Positions 16,694 through 26,153 of a stretch of 51,894 nt of DNA are shown one piece after another (the first letter of the stretch is position 1; each line of letters begins with the position of its first letter). The translations under genes and the position numbers were made by a program. Origin of the DNA: Candidatus Eiseniibacteriota bacterium. Its GTDB lineage: Bacteria > Eisenbacteria > RBG-16-71-46 > CAIMUX01 > WJJG01. The stretch is from NCBI GenBank assembly GCA_014729815.1, contig WJJG01000349.1:1-51894 (forward strand), given 5' to 3'. The notes under the pieces were generated by a model. The model did not search any database and was not told where the DNA came from. It was given only the letters and a program-made list of their open reading frames with translations.

Positions 16694-19255
16694 ATGCCGC
16701 GCCGTTTCGCAGTGGCCTTCGTCCTGGTGCTCTTCATCATAGGCCTCTTCGCACTCCTCTGGTTCTCGCAGAACCAGGACGAGGAGGGCGAGTCGCGCGA
16801 CCCCTCCGGCCGCCCGAACGAATGGTTCTGGCATCAGCGCGCCTATCCCCACGGCGACATTCGCCTCTCCTCGGTGCGCCTGGCGCTCGAGCAGGCCGCG
16901 GCGCTGCGCGCCGCCGAGCGGGGGACGCGCGTGGCCTGGCAGCCCGAGGGGCCGGGCAACATTGGGGCTCGGGTGACCGACGTCGCGGTGCATCCCACCG
17001 ACCCGGACATCGTCTACGCAGCCATGGCCAGCGGCGGGGTCTTCAAGTCGACCGACGCCGGCGAGAGCTGGACCCCGACCTTTGACGAGCAGGCGGTGCT
17101 CTCGGTGGGCGCGGTGGCGATCGACCCCACCAATCCGGATCTGATCTGGGCCGGCACGGGCGAGGCCAACGCCGGCAGCTTCAGCTTCTTCGGGCTGGGC
17201 ATCTACCGCTCGACCGATGCCGGGGCGAGCTGGGAGCCGCGCGGACTCGAGGAGACCCGCTACATCGCGCGCATCGTCGTCGATCCACACAACGGGCAGC
17301 GCGTGTTCGCGGCCGCCACCGGTCGGCTCTTCGGTACCGGTCCCCATCGCGGCATCTATCGCACGAGCGACGGCGGGGAGAGCTGGGAGCGCGTCTTGGC
17401 CCTGACCGATTCGACTGCGGCGATCGACCTGGTCATGAATCCCACCGATCCGGACATCCTCTACGCCGCGATGTGGGAGCGTTCACGCGGTCTCAACTAC
17501 CGCAACTCCGGCGGTCCCTCGAGCGGCGTCTGGCGCAGCACCGACGGCGGGGAGAGCTGGAACGAGCTCATCAACGGTCTTCCCACGGGCAGTGACGTAG
17601 GACGCATCGGGCTGACGCTGTGTACCTCGCAGCCCGAAGTGCTCTATGCGATCTACGCCGATGCGACCGGCTACTTCGAAGGCGTCTACAAATCGACCGA
17701 CGGCGGCGATAGTTGGTCGGGCACCAATGACGGCGCTCTGGGCAACCTCTACAGCTCCTACGGCTGGTGGTTCGGCAACATCCGCGTCGATCCCAGCGAC
17801 CCGGACAACGTCCTGGCCCTGGGTCTCCCCTGCTATCGCTCGACCAATGGCGGGGCGAGCTGGTCGGAGACGGGGCCGAACATGCACGTCGACCACCACG
17901 GCATGGCCTTCGCCCCCTCGCGGCCGACGCGCGTCTACGACGGCAATGATGGCGGCGTCTACCGCTCGGAGGACTCCGGCGCCACCTGGACGAAGCTCTA
18001 CGACCAGCCCAGCTCGCAGTTCTACGCCATCGCGATCGACCCCCTCAATCCCCACCGCCTCTACGGCGGGACGCAGGACAACGGCACGCTGCGCACATGG
18101 AACGGGGGCACGGATGATTGGGAGATGATCCTTGGCGGCGACGGCTTCTACTGCATCGTCGATCCGACCAACTCGAACACGATCTACGCCGAGTACCAGT
18201 ACGGCAATCTCTACAAGTCGACCAACGGCGGCTACGGCTGGAGCGATGCGACCGACGGCATCAGCTACGGCGACCGGCGCAACTGGTCGACGCCGGTGGT
18301 GATGGATCCCAACTTCGAGCCGATCCTCTACTACGGCACGTTCCGGCTCTATCGCAGCGCGAATGCCGCCGGCTCCTGGTCGCCGATCAGCGGCGACTTG
18401 ACCGGCGGCAACCAGGGCGGCAACTACGGCACGATCACCACGATCGATGTGGCCCACACCGATCCGGATGTGATCTACGTCGGCACCGACGACGGACGCG
18501 TGTGGGTCACCAGCAACGCTGGAGACGATTGGACGCGCATCTCCGACGATTTGCCCGACCGCTGGATCACGCGTGTCGAGACCGACCCGAGCGATGCGGC
18601 GATCGTCTACGTGACCGTCTCCGGATTCCGCTGGGACTCGCCCGCGCCGCACGTCTTCCGCAGCGATGACATGGGCGCAAACTGGACCGACATCAGCGGC
18701 AACCTCCCCGAGGCGCCAGCCAACGTGATCGTCTGCGATCCCGACTACCCGAACGTGCTCTATGTGGGCACCGATATCGGCTGCTTCGTCAGCGCCACGA
18801 CCGGGGAGAGCTGGTCGGCGCTCGGCACCGGTCTGCCAGCCGCTCCGGTGCTCGACCTGAAGCTGCACGCGCCCACCCGCACACTCGTGGCCGGCACGCA
18901 CGGGCGCTCGATGTTCAGCCTGGATGTCTCCGATCTGGTGTCGTTGGTGCCGAATGCGCCGGCCGCCGCGGATCTGCGCCCGGCGCTTCGGCTCGCACCG
19001 CGCCGCAATCCGTTCGCCGAGGAGACCACGCTGCGCTACGAGCTCGAACGATCCGCCGGGGTGCGCTTGAGCATCCACGACGTCAGCGGCCGTGAGCTGA
19101 TCGTGCTGGTCGATGGCCGGCAGAGCGCGGGCCCGCACGAGGTGCGCTGGCGGGCGCGCGACCGCAACGGGCGATCGGTGCCGCCGGGCGTCTACTTTGC
19201 GCGGATCGCCGCGGATGGCCGCACCGCCGAGCGGAAGCTGGTGGTTCTGGAGTGA
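16694..19255 (+). CDS. Exported multi-Asp-box (BNR/sortilin-VPS10-like, GH74-like) beta-propeller protein with FlgD-Ig/T9SS-type CTD
   Basis: ORF 16631..19255 begins with GTG. I set the start to ATG 16694, with GGGAGGAG at 16681-16688. N-terminal TM/signal: FAVAFVLVLFIIGLFALLWF. Many Asp boxes: STDAGESW, STDAGASW, TSDGGESW, STDGGESW, STDGGDSW, STNGGASW, SEDSGATW, STNGGYGW, SNAGDDW, SDDMGANW, ATTGESW. CTD: ..VRLSIHDVSGRELIVLV..RWRARDRNGRSVPPGVYFARIAA..KLVVLE. Confidence 0.85.
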   Translation: MPRRFAVAFVLVLFIIGLFALLWFSQNQDEEGESRDPSGRPNEWFWHQRAYPHGDIRLSSVRLALEQAAALRAAERGTRVAWQPEGPGNIGARVTDVAVHPTDPDIVYAAMASGGVFKSTDAGESWTPTFDEQAVLSVGAVAIDPTNPDLIWAGTGEANAGSFSFFGLGIYRSTDAGASWEPRGLEETRYIARIVVDPHNGQRVFAAATGRLFGTGPHRGIYRTSDGGESWERVLALTDSTAAIDLVMNPTDPDILYAAMWERSRGLNYRNSGGPSSGVWRSTDGGESWNELINGLPTGSDVGRIGLTLCTSQPEVLYAIYADATGYFEGVYKSTDGGDSWSGTNDGALGNLYSSYGWWFGNIRVDPSDPDNVLALGLPCYRSTNGGASWSETGPNMHVDHHGMAFAPSRPTRVYDGNDGGVYRSEDSGATWTKLYDQPSSQFYAIAIDPLNPHRLYGGTQDNGTLRTWNGGTDDWEMILGGDGFYCIVDPTNSNTIYAEYQYGNLYKSTNGGYGWSDATDGISYGDRRNWSTPVVMDPNFEPILYYGTFRLYRSANAAGSWSPISGDLTGGNQGGNYGTITTIDVAHTDPDVIYVGTDDGRVWVTSNAGDDWTRISDDLPDRWITRVETDPSDAAIVYVTVSGFRWDSPAPHVFRSDDMGANWTDISGNLPEAPANVIVCDPDYPNVLYVGTDIGCFVSATTGESWSALGTGLPAAPVLDLKLHAPTRTLVAGTHGRSMFSLDVSDLVSLVPNAPAAADLRPALRLAPRRNPFAEETTLRYELERSAGVRLSIHDVSGRELIVLVDGRQSAGPHEVRWRARDRNGRSVPPGVYFARIAADGRTAERKLVVLE

Positions 19256-19264
19256 GGCGAGCGG

Positions 19265-20977
19265 CTATCGCAGCAGCGTCAGCTTCCCGCTGCTCGTGAA
19301 GTCGCCGATCCGCACGCCGTAGAGATAGACTCCGCTCGCGGCCCGCGAGCCGTCGCCGGTCCGTCCGTCCCAGGGGACGATGTGCTCGCCGGGCTTGCGC
19401 GATCCATCCCAGAGCGAGCGGATCGGGCGACCCTCGAGGTCGAAGACCGTGATCCGGACCGGCTGACTGGCTTTGCCGGGCACCGCGAAGCGGATCTGTG
19501 CGCGCGCACGCATCGGATTCGGTGCTGCGGGGAGCACGCGGGGCGTCGTCCAGCCCTCCATCCCGCCGGGCGCTCCATCGATGCCCGAGAGGAGTCCTTC
19601 GCCCCCGTTCTCGGTGTGCAGCATGACCGGCAGATCGGGCCACAGCGCGCCTGCAGCCCAGCCATGGTTGGCATCGACGAAGCAGAGATCCGCGATGACG
19701 ATCTGCTCGTCCCCGGTCCCGGTTTCCTGCACCTCCCAGAGCAGTCCGCCATCCTCGGTGTGCAGGATCACCGGGACGTAGTCGCCGAAGTCCACTCCGC
19801 CGATCCAGCCGGTCTGGTCGTCGACGAAGAAGACGGTGCGCAGCTCCGCCGAAGTGCCGGCCGTCTGGGCCGTCCAGGTCTCGCCTCCATCGGCCGTGTG
19901 CCGAATCGTGCCGTTGTCGCCCACGCACCACCCCGTTTGTGCATCGACGAAGCAGACATCATGCAGGGAGCTGCTGCTTGCAGGATCCTGCGGGAGCCAC
20001 GTGTCGCCACCGTCTGCGGTGGCCACGAGCACATCGGAGCCACCCACGGCCCAGCCGTGCTCGACATCGACGAAGTGCACCCGCTCGAGAGGACGGTCGT
20101 AGGGGTTGTAGTACTGGTGGTTCCAGGTCTGTCCGCCGTTCGAGGTGTGCTCGATGATCTGATGGTGACTGCTGCCAAAGAGGTCGCGGAACCCGCCCAC
20201 GGCCCAGCCATGCTGATCGTCGACGAAGAAGACGCCGTAGAACTCGTCCTCGCCATCCGGCTCCTGCTCGATCCAGGTCACACCACCGTCGGTCGTGTTC
20301 AGAATGGTGCCGCCGAGGGACCATCCGTGTCCCACGACCCATCCAGTCTGGGCGCCGACGAAGTGCACGTCGCGGTATTCGTGCGGGTAGTACTGCCCGT
20401 CGTCCTGGGGCACCCAGATGTCGCCGCCATCTTCCGTATGGATGATCTCGCGGTAGGACGAGACCGCCCAACCGCGCTGCGTATCGACAAAGGAGACGCC
20501 GGTCAGATCGAGCTCCGTGCCGGCAGACTGCGCGTACCAGCCGGCGGTGCCGGGCAGCTTCTCGAATTCGAAGCTGTCGCTGGCCCAGATTTGGTCGGGA
20601 TGCACGCCGGCGTACGCCGTGTATGTATAGATCCCCTCCGGCATGCCCCCGGAGATCGCCTGCGAGCGATCATCCTGCGCCGACCAGCCATCGGGCAGCT
20701 CCAGATGCGCCGGGCCGTACCCGGGCTCTTCGCCGCCGCCCGGCAGCGTGATCACCGTCCAGACGTCGAGTATCTGCGCCGTCGGCTCTTCGTTGTCCAC
20801 CGCCACGGCATAGCCGAAGTTGCCCCCCTCGTCGGGCAGCAGGATGGGTGGGTTGTAGGGGGTCAGGGTGATCCCGATCTCGGCGCGCGTCGTTGCCGGG
20901 CTCTGCGCCGGCGCGCGGGCGCCTGCCGCCAGCAGGATCAGGGCGGCGCAGCCGAACGCCTGCATTGCACGTACCAT
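19265..20977 (-). CDS. Exported Ycf48/BNR-like beta-propeller protein with FlgD-Ig/T9SS-type CTD
   Basis: ORF 19265..21001, trimmed to ATG 20975-20977. AAGGAGG lies 5 nt upstream on the minus strand. Signal peptide: MVRAMQAFGCAALILLAAGARAPAQ. Repeats of the form T(E/D/N)DGG(x)(T/I)W: TEDGGDIW, TTDGGVTW, TSNGGQTW, TADGGDTW, TADGGETW, TEDGGLLW. CTD: ..VRITVFDLEGRPIRSLW..PWDGRTGDGSRAASGVYLYGVRI..KLTLLR. It is convergent with the previous gene, with only 9 nt between the stops. Confidence 0.85.
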   Translation of the reverse strand: MVRAMQAFGCAALILLAAGARAPAQSPATTRAEIGITLTPYNPPILLPDEGGNFGYAVAVDNEEPTAQILDVWTVITLPGGGEEPGYGPAHLELPDGWSAQDDRSQAISGGMPEGIYTYTAYAGVHPDQIWASDSFEFEKLPGTAGWYAQSAGTELDLTGVSFVDTQRGWAVSSYREIIHTEDGGDIWVPQDDGQYYPHEYRDVHFVGAQTGWVVGHGWSLGGTILNTTDGGVTWIEQEPDGEDEFYGVFFVDDQHGWAVGGFRDLFGSSHHQIIEHTSNGGQTWNHQYYNPYDRPLERVHFVDVEHGWAVGGSDVLVATADGGDTWLPQDPASSSSLHDVCFVDAQTGWCVGDNGTIRHTADGGETWTAQTAGTSAELRTVFFVDDQTGWIGGVDFGDYVPVILHTEDGGLLWEVQETGTGDEQIVIADLCFVDANHGWAAGALWPDLPVMLHTENGGEGLLSGIDGAPGGMEGWTTPRVLPAAPNPMRARAQIRFAVPGKASQPVRITVFDLEGRPIRSLWDGSRKPGEHIVPWDGRTGDGSRAASGVYLYGVRIGDFTSSGKLTLLR

Positions 20978-21178
20978 GATTGCCTCCTTCTCCTTGCGCA
21001 TCCACCCTCCCGGTGGGTCACATTCATGCGGCTGTGGACGGGACGCCGATGCAGCCCGCGAATGTCATCGTGATTTGTCGTCGCAGAGACCGACACTCTT
21101 CGCTATTCCGAAGCCCTCTGGCAGAGCCAAGCCACCCCCGGTGGGATCCCTGGAGGAGGCTTGACGGATGCTGCCATA

Positions 21179-22876
21179 TCATCGCAGCAGCAGTGCACGC
21201 TGCACCTGGCTCCGGCCGTTCCATCGCAGCTCGAAGAAGTAGACGCCGCCCGGAACGCTCGCGCCGGTGTGGTCCGTCCCGTTCCAGGCGATGCTGTGTT
21301 CGCCGGCCGTCGGGACGCCTTCGACAAGGGTGCGCACCGGGCGTCCACTGATGTCGTAGACGGTCAGGACGGCAGGCGCGGCCTCGCCCGGCGGAATCGC
21401 ATAGCGCACCGCGAGATCCCCGCGGGCCGGATTGGGAATGCGCAGCGCCAGGCTGGATCGGGCCGCATGGCCGGGCACCTCCGGCGCCGAGCCGGTACCG
21501 CCCGTGAGATGAGCCACGTAGACATCCGCCGGCGCATTCACCGCGCCGGTGAAGTAGACGTCCTGATGGTTGGCGCCCAGCGTGACGCCATGGCCGGCGC
21601 TGGCCGAGTGGGACTGCTTGGTCACGGTGTAGACGACGTCGTTCCCGCCCGGATAGAACATCGTCACGAAGATCGAGGCGAATAGGTTGCCAGACCCCAG
21701 GAAATCCTCGGTGGTCGTACTTCCGACCACGTGGGCGCAGCCCAGCTCGTCCACCGCGATGGCAGTACTCTTGTCGACCGACTGGCCGCCGATGAAGGAA
21801 CTGTATATCAGCCCTGTGCCGTCGGTTGCCATCTTGGTGACGAAGCCGTCCTCGCAGTTGACGTCGTGGCCGGGGAAGCCCTCTTCGCAGGCGTCGATGC
21901 CGCCCACGAACTCCTCCTGGAAGGCGCCGGGCGTCGTGGGGAAGTCGATCGAGCGGGTGTAGCCGGTCAGATAGACATGACCCTCCGCGTCGAGCGCCAT
22001 GCCCCGCAAGCGGTCGTTGTCGCTTCCGCCCAGGACGGTGCTGAAGAGAAGCGTGCTTCCATCGCCGGAGAGCTTGGATGCGAACATCGAGTGCCCCGTC
22101 TGGATCGGGTCGACGAGCGGGAAGTCGTCCGCACGGGTCGTCCCGGAGAAGACGATGTCGCCGTTCGGATCGACGGCGATGTCCGTCGCGAAGTCGTCCT
22201 CGAAGCCGCCGAAGTAAGTGCTGTAGAGAATCTCATCGCCCGCCGGAGAGAGCTTGGTGATGAAGATGTCATTGTAGACGTACAGCGGAGCGCTGGGCTC
22301 GCTCTGATAGGCATCGTCGGTGGTCGGGAAGTCGGTCGAGCCGGTGGTGCCCACGATGTAGATCTCGCCGGTCTCGGCCACGAAGATTCCATCCCCCCAG
22401 TCGGTGTAGTCCCCACCGAGATACGTGCTGTACAGAATCGTCCCGTCGTCGGCGTCCAGCTTCATGACGAAGGCGTCCGTGAAACCGGTCAACGTATCGT
22501 CGAGGCCGTTTACGATCGGGAAGCTCTCGGAGCTGGTTCGGCCGGTGATCCACACGTCCCCGGCGGCATCGAGATCGATGCCCAGCGGGAAGTCGTGCTG
22601 GAGGTCGTCGCCCACGATCGGCACTTCCCAGACGGGATCCCCGTCGGGATCGAGCTTGACCACGAGCAGATCGAGATGCTGCCCATCCTCATACCAGGAG
22701 GCGATCACATAGGCGTTGCCGGCCGCATCGACCCGAATGCCGTTGCCATCCGAGAGGTAGTAGCCGTCGATCGTGGTTTCGTAATCGAACACGGGTCCCT
22801 GCGCCATGGCTGCCATCGGTAGTAGGCAGCCCAGCAACAGAGCCGCGATTCCAGAGAAGCTGCGAGTGTGACTCAT
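21179..22876 (-). CDS. Exported SBBP beta-propeller-repeat protein with FlgD-Ig/T9SS-type CTD
   Basis: ORF 21179..23110, trimmed to ATG 22874-22876 with AAGGAGA upstream. Signal peptide: MSHTRSFSGIAALLLGCLLPMAAMAQ. SBBP-type repeat signature: DAFVMKLDADDGTILYSTYLGG, IFITKLSPAGDEILYSTYFGG, MFASKLSGDGSTLLFSTVLGG, GFVTKMATDGTGLIYSSFIGG. CTD: ..AVLTVYDISGRPVRTLV..AWNGTDHTGASVPGGVYFFELRW..ALLLR. Confidence 0.85.
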   Translation of the reverse strand: MSHTRSFSGIAALLLGCLLPMAAMAQGPVFDYETTIDGYYLSDGNGIRVDAAGNAYVIASWYEDGQHLDLLVVKLDPDGDPVWEVPIVGDDLQHDFPLGIDLDAAGDVWITGRTSSESFPIVNGLDDTLTGFTDAFVMKLDADDGTILYSTYLGGDYTDWGDGIFVAETGEIYIVGTTGSTDFPTTDDAYQSEPSAPLYVYNDIFITKLSPAGDEILYSTYFGGFEDDFATDIAVDPNGDIVFSGTTRADDFPLVDPIQTGHSMFASKLSGDGSTLLFSTVLGGSDNDRLRGMALDAEGHVYLTGYTRSIDFPTTPGAFQEEFVGGIDACEEGFPGHDVNCEDGFVTKMATDGTGLIYSSFIGGQSVDKSTAIAVDELGCAHVVGSTTTEDFLGSGNLFASIFVTMFYPGGNDVVYTVTKQSHSASAGHGVTLGANHQDVYFTGAVNAPADVYVAHLTGGTGSAPEVPGHAARSSLALRIPNPARGDLAVRYAIPPGEAAPAVLTVYDISGRPVRTLVEGVPTAGEHSIAWNGTDHTGASVPGGVYFFELRWNGRSQVQRALLLR

Positions 22877-23122
22877 TGGCTCGTCTCCTTTCCATCGGGG
22901 CACTGACCCATCGGATTCGCTCCCTGCAGGGCGCGGCCCCCGAACCGCCGGGCCCGCCTGACATGTGCTCGCGACTCCCAACGACGGCCAGGCTCGATCG
23001 CCGATGGCCCAGACCGCGCGGACGGCAAGCACCTGCTTGCCCTGCATCATGCTGCCGCCCGCGGGTCTCGACGTGGCTCCTGACTGCCGATCACACGCCT
23101 TCACTCTCAAGCGCTGAACAGA

Positions 23123-23833
23123 CTACTGAAACAGCGACTTCACGGTTCCCCACGTATCCTGCTCGGCCGGTGACGGATCGAGCGCGGTCACCGTGATGCG
23201 TGCCGACGGGGGGAATTCATACTCGAGGAGACCGTAGTCGGGATCATCGACCACCTCGTAGTAGGTGATCGCCGCGATCGGATTCTCTTCATCGGGTCCT
23301 ACGAAGGTGTTGCCGTAGAAGGGAATGTGCGCGACCAGACCGGTGTTCTCCTCGGTTCCGGCATCGTAGACGTCCACGTCGACGTAGGCCATGCTGTCTC
23401 CGCAGCAGGGAAGCGTGATATCGTGGATGCCCGTGATCAGATCGTTGCTGCGTGCGAGCATGGTCACCAATGAGAGCAGCTCGCCGGGATTGCCTTCGAT
23501 CATGAAGGTCACCGCATCGACGAAGGGACCATCTCCCACCACCACCTGGTAGACGTCCGGATCGGATTCCGCTTCCATCACCAGGTCGTCCGTCATGCCT
23601 TCTTCGGCCAGCAACTCCAGTCCGGGGGTCGCCATGTCCCCCGCGGCAAAGAGCGTGTAGCCGGGTCCATGAACGACGGCCACCGGCGGGGTCATCGGCT
23701 GACCGGTCTCCGCGCCGCCGGGGATCATGTTCTCCACGACGATCTCATACTCAACGGCAGCGGTCATCGATCCGAACCCGGATGCGGCGATGAAGCAGAT
23801 GGAAGCGAACAGGAACTTCTTCGTTCTCGACAT
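23123..23833 (-). CDS. Exported spondin_N-like domain protein (236 aa)
   Basis: ORF 23123..23869, trimmed to ATG 23831-23833 with AAGGAGG upstream. Signal peptide: MSRTKKFLFASICFIAASGFGSMTAA. YEIVVENMIPGGAETGQPMTPPVAVVHGPGYTLFAAGDMATPGLELLAEEGMTDDL matches my recollection of the spondin N-terminal domain pattern (..sP.v..vH...f.lF..G..As.GLe.lAEdG..). Confidence 0.6.
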   Translation of the reverse strand: MSRTKKFLFASICFIAASGFGSMTAAVEYEIVVENMIPGGAETGQPMTPPVAVVHGPGYTLFAAGDMATPGLELLAEEGMTDDLVMEAESDPDVYQVVVGDGPFVDAVTFMIEGNPGELLSLVTMLARSNDLITGIHDITLPCCGDSMAYVDVDVYDAGTEENTGLVAHIPFYGNTFVGPDEENPIAAITYYEVVDDPDYGLLEYEFPPSARITVTALDPSPAEQDTWGTVKSLFQ

Positions 23834-24419
23834 CGGTACCTCCTTGGGCCTCGGCTGCCGGCGACTCATGATCGCGCAGTCGAACCGGACCTTTGATTTC
23901 TGATGCTCTCTGAACCTACTTGTGCGTAGTCCTCCCTTGACGTCACGACTGCGGCGATTCTGGAGCGCGCAAGCGGTGGTCGGTATCGGGGGGGATGCGG
24001 GGATCGCGACCGGACATCTCCCCAGGTTGGGGAGCGCAACTGCGTGGCGTGCAGAGCGCTAGCTCCCCTGCGTTCGACTTCGCCCGGTACCCGCAAATCA
24101 GTGTCACCGGGCGCGAGACCGCGCGGGCAGCGCGCACCAGTATTTGCCATCGCGTGCTGCCGCCCGCGGGTCCCGAGGCAAGACGTGACCGCAGGCTGCG
24201 TGTGATCGCACCGTGTGCGCGGCGCCATGTCCGCCGTGGACGCAACCAACTGTATGTCCCTCCGCTTGCTTTCTCCCGACTCCTCATCCGTGACCCTGCG
24301 TGGAGTACGCGAGCCGCAGCACGCTGTGACGGTCTTTCGAGGTGCCACGCCGCGCCGCTGTCGAGGATCTCCGTGCGTCACAGATCCCAGGCCGACGCGT
24401 ACTGTGCCGATGGCATGCG

Positions 24420-24448
24420 TTGCGCTCGCCGGCTTCGTGGGCTACGAT
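24420..24448 (+). promoter_or_regulatory. Candidate sigma-70-type promoter upstream of the ECF sigma gene
   Basis: TTGCGC (24420-24425), a 17-nt spacer, then TACGAT (24443-24448). It lies ~38 nt upstream of the GTG at 24486. Pattern match only. Confidence 0.25.
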
Positions 24449-24485
24449 CCGCTGCGCACATGTCTGCCGAAAGCGAGGGTCGTCC

Positions 24486-25145
24486 GTGAAGCCGCAGGGC
24501 GATCGCGAGAAGCGGAGCACAGGGCGCCGCGAGACCGAACGTCATCGGGATGTGGATGACCTCGGATCCCAACGGCGCGGTCTCGAGCCCCCTCCCCGGG
24601 CCCTGCTCGAGGGCGTGCGGTGCCGTGACGCCCGCGCCCTGGGGGCGTTCTTCGATCACTACTTTCCGGCGATCTATGGCTTGGCCTACCGGTTTCTTTC
24701 GAATCGGCAGCAGGCCGAGGATGCGTCGCAGGAGATCTTCCTCAAGATCCACCGCGGCGCCGACCGCCTCGATCCCGATCGCGATCCAGCGCCCTGGCTC
24801 TTGACGATCACTTTGAACACGTGTCGTTCACTGGTCCGCTCGGGCGCACACCGCATGTCGCAGCAGGCGGTGATGGCCAACGGCTCGACCGATCACCTGA
24901 ACGCTCTGACCGATCCGGGACGCAACCCGGAAGAGACGCGCGATGCCGCCGAGAGCGAGAGGGCTGTACAAGAAGCCTTGCGGAGATTGCCCGACGCGTT
25001 GCGCGAAGTGGTGATCCTGCGCGACTACCAGGGACTGGCGCACAAGAAGATCGCCGGGATTCTCGACCTCAAGCCCGATGCAGTGCGCAAACGCTACTCG
25101 CGCGCGCTCGCGGAGCTGGCCGAGATGCTGAAGGATGCGTCGTGA
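24486..25145 (+). CDS. ECF-type RNA polymerase sigma-70 family factor
   Basis: The frame is that of ORF 24342..25145. The start is uncertain. GTG 24486 has GAGGG 6 nt upstream and is preferred. GTG 24552 is the alternative. Region 2: FFDHYFPAIYGLAYRFLSNRQQAEDASQEIFLKIHR, PWLLTITLNTCRS. Region 4 HTH: LREVVILRDYQGLAHKKIAGILDLKPDAVRKRYSRALAEL. Confidence 0.85.
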   Translation: MKPQGDREKRSTGRRETERHRDVDDLGSQRRGLEPPPRALLEGVRCRDARALGAFFDHYFPAIYGLAYRFLSNRQQAEDASQEIFLKIHRGADRLDPDRDPAPWLLTITLNTCRSLVRSGAHRMSQQAVMANGSTDHLNALTDPGRNPEETRDAAESERAVQEALRRLPDALREVVILRDYQGLAHKKIAGILDLKPDAVRKRYSRALAELAEMLKDAS

Positions 25146-25972
25146 TGCGTGACGAAGACCGCTACAGCGCCGAGATGCAGCGCGCCGGGGCGATGGTGCG
25201 CGCGTTGCCGACGCCGGCTCCGCGGCCGGACTTCGCGCAGCGACTGCGGAGCGACTTCGTCTCGGGCACGCTTGCGACGACGCGTGAGCAGGACGCCGCG
25301 CGGGCCCGTGAACGCCGCTCGGCGCTGCGCCTTTGGATGACGGCCGGGGCGGCAGCCGTGGCGATCCTGGCCCTCATTGTCCTCAGTGGTCTCAACCGCG
25401 GACCGCAGTGGCAGCCGGTGGCTCCGGCGCAGCCGGGCCGGGTCCTGATCGACGATCAGCCCCTGGCGCTCGACGACCTGGAAACCCTCGCCCGCCACCT
25501 GCGTCCCGGAGCGCATCTGGTCTGCAGCGACTCGACCGGATTCGAGCTGTTCGCCGGCGAGCAGCTCTGGATCGAGATGACGCCCGGGAGCGATATGATC
25601 CTGCCACCGACGGCGGGACGCTGGTGGGGGCGCAGCCCCCGCGGCCGGGTCGAGGATGGGGAGGTGCGCTTCACGACCGGCGCGGGCTTCGCCGGCACGG
25701 AGCTGCGCATTGCCACCGCCATCGCGGAGGTCGAGGTGCGCGGCACGACCATCGCGGTGATCGACTCGCCCGAGGCGACCTGCGTGTGCGTCTACGAGGG
25801 AGAAGTGCGCATGGGGCCGCGCGATGCGGCGATGCAACGCCTCGATGCCGGCCGTCGCAGGATCCTCTACGGGGACGACCGCGCACCGCTGGAGGAGGAG
25901 ATCCTCCCGATGGAGCGCATGAAGCTGCAGATGCTGCGCGACCGAGCGTTTCCGGCATCGGAGCGGCCGTAG
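25145..25972 (+). CDS. Anti-sigma factor, single TM helix with FecR-like extracytoplasmic domain
   Basis: ATG 25145 shares its A with the sigma gene stop TGA 25143-25145, which suggests translational coupling. TM helix: LRLWMTAGAAAVAILALIVLSGL. The C-terminal FecR-like beta domain is ..GEVRFTTGAGFAGTELRIATAIAEVEVRGTTIAVIDSPEATCVCVYEGEVRM... Confidence 0.75.
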   Translation: MRDEDRYSAEMQRAGAMVRALPTPAPRPDFAQRLRSDFVSGTLATTREQDAARARERRSALRLWMTAGAAAVAILALIVLSGLNRGPQWQPVAPAQPGRVLIDDQPLALDDLETLARHLRPGAHLVCSDSTGFELFAGEQLWIEMTPGSDMILPPTAGRWWGRSPRGRVEDGEVRFTTGAGFAGTELRIATAIAEVEVRGTTIAVIDSPEATCVCVYEGEVRMGPRDAAMQRLDAGRRRILYGDDRAPLEEEILPMERMKLQMLRDRAFPASERP

Positions 25973-26071
25973 GCCTCGCGCTCGGCCCCCATACCCGCGC
26001 GCCCGGCGCGACACCCTCTCGCTACCAGCCTGCCGGAGTGCTAGCATCCCGAGATCTCATGCGCTGCGCGC

Positions 26072-26111
26072 GCCCCTCGCGCGGGGCTGTGCCTCGGGAC
26101 GCCTTCCCGAG
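26072..26111 (+). terminator. Two adjacent GC hairpins in the spacer between the anti-sigma gene and the first transglutaminase-like gene
   Basis: Hairpin 1: GCCCC (26072-76), loop tcgcgc, GGGGC (26083-87). Hairpin 2: ctcggga (26093-99), loop cgcct, tcccgag (26105-11), a perfect 7-bp stem. No U-tract follows. This could be a terminator, an attenuator or a leader structure. Confidence 0.2.
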
Positions 26112-26153
26112 AGCGGCCCGGGGGTGGTGCGCGGCATCAGAAAGGAGGCCTCC

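Noticed and set aside
17483-21073. Long antisense ORFs 17483-19138 (-) and 19382-21073 (+)
   Set aside because: They lie opposite the two Asp-box/BNR propeller genes, which have signal peptides, repeated SxDxGxxW motifs and CTDs. The antisense products have no motifs.
23870-24485. ORFs 23866-24381 (-), 23995-24489 (+) and 24215-24559 (+) in the ~600-bp gap upstream of the ECF sigma gene
   Set aside because: Their translations are Arg/Pro/Ala-rich with no RBS and no motif, and they overlap each other. I treated the gap as non-coding. I also searched it for an ECF-type GAAC-N16/17-CGTC promoter and found no correctly spaced match.
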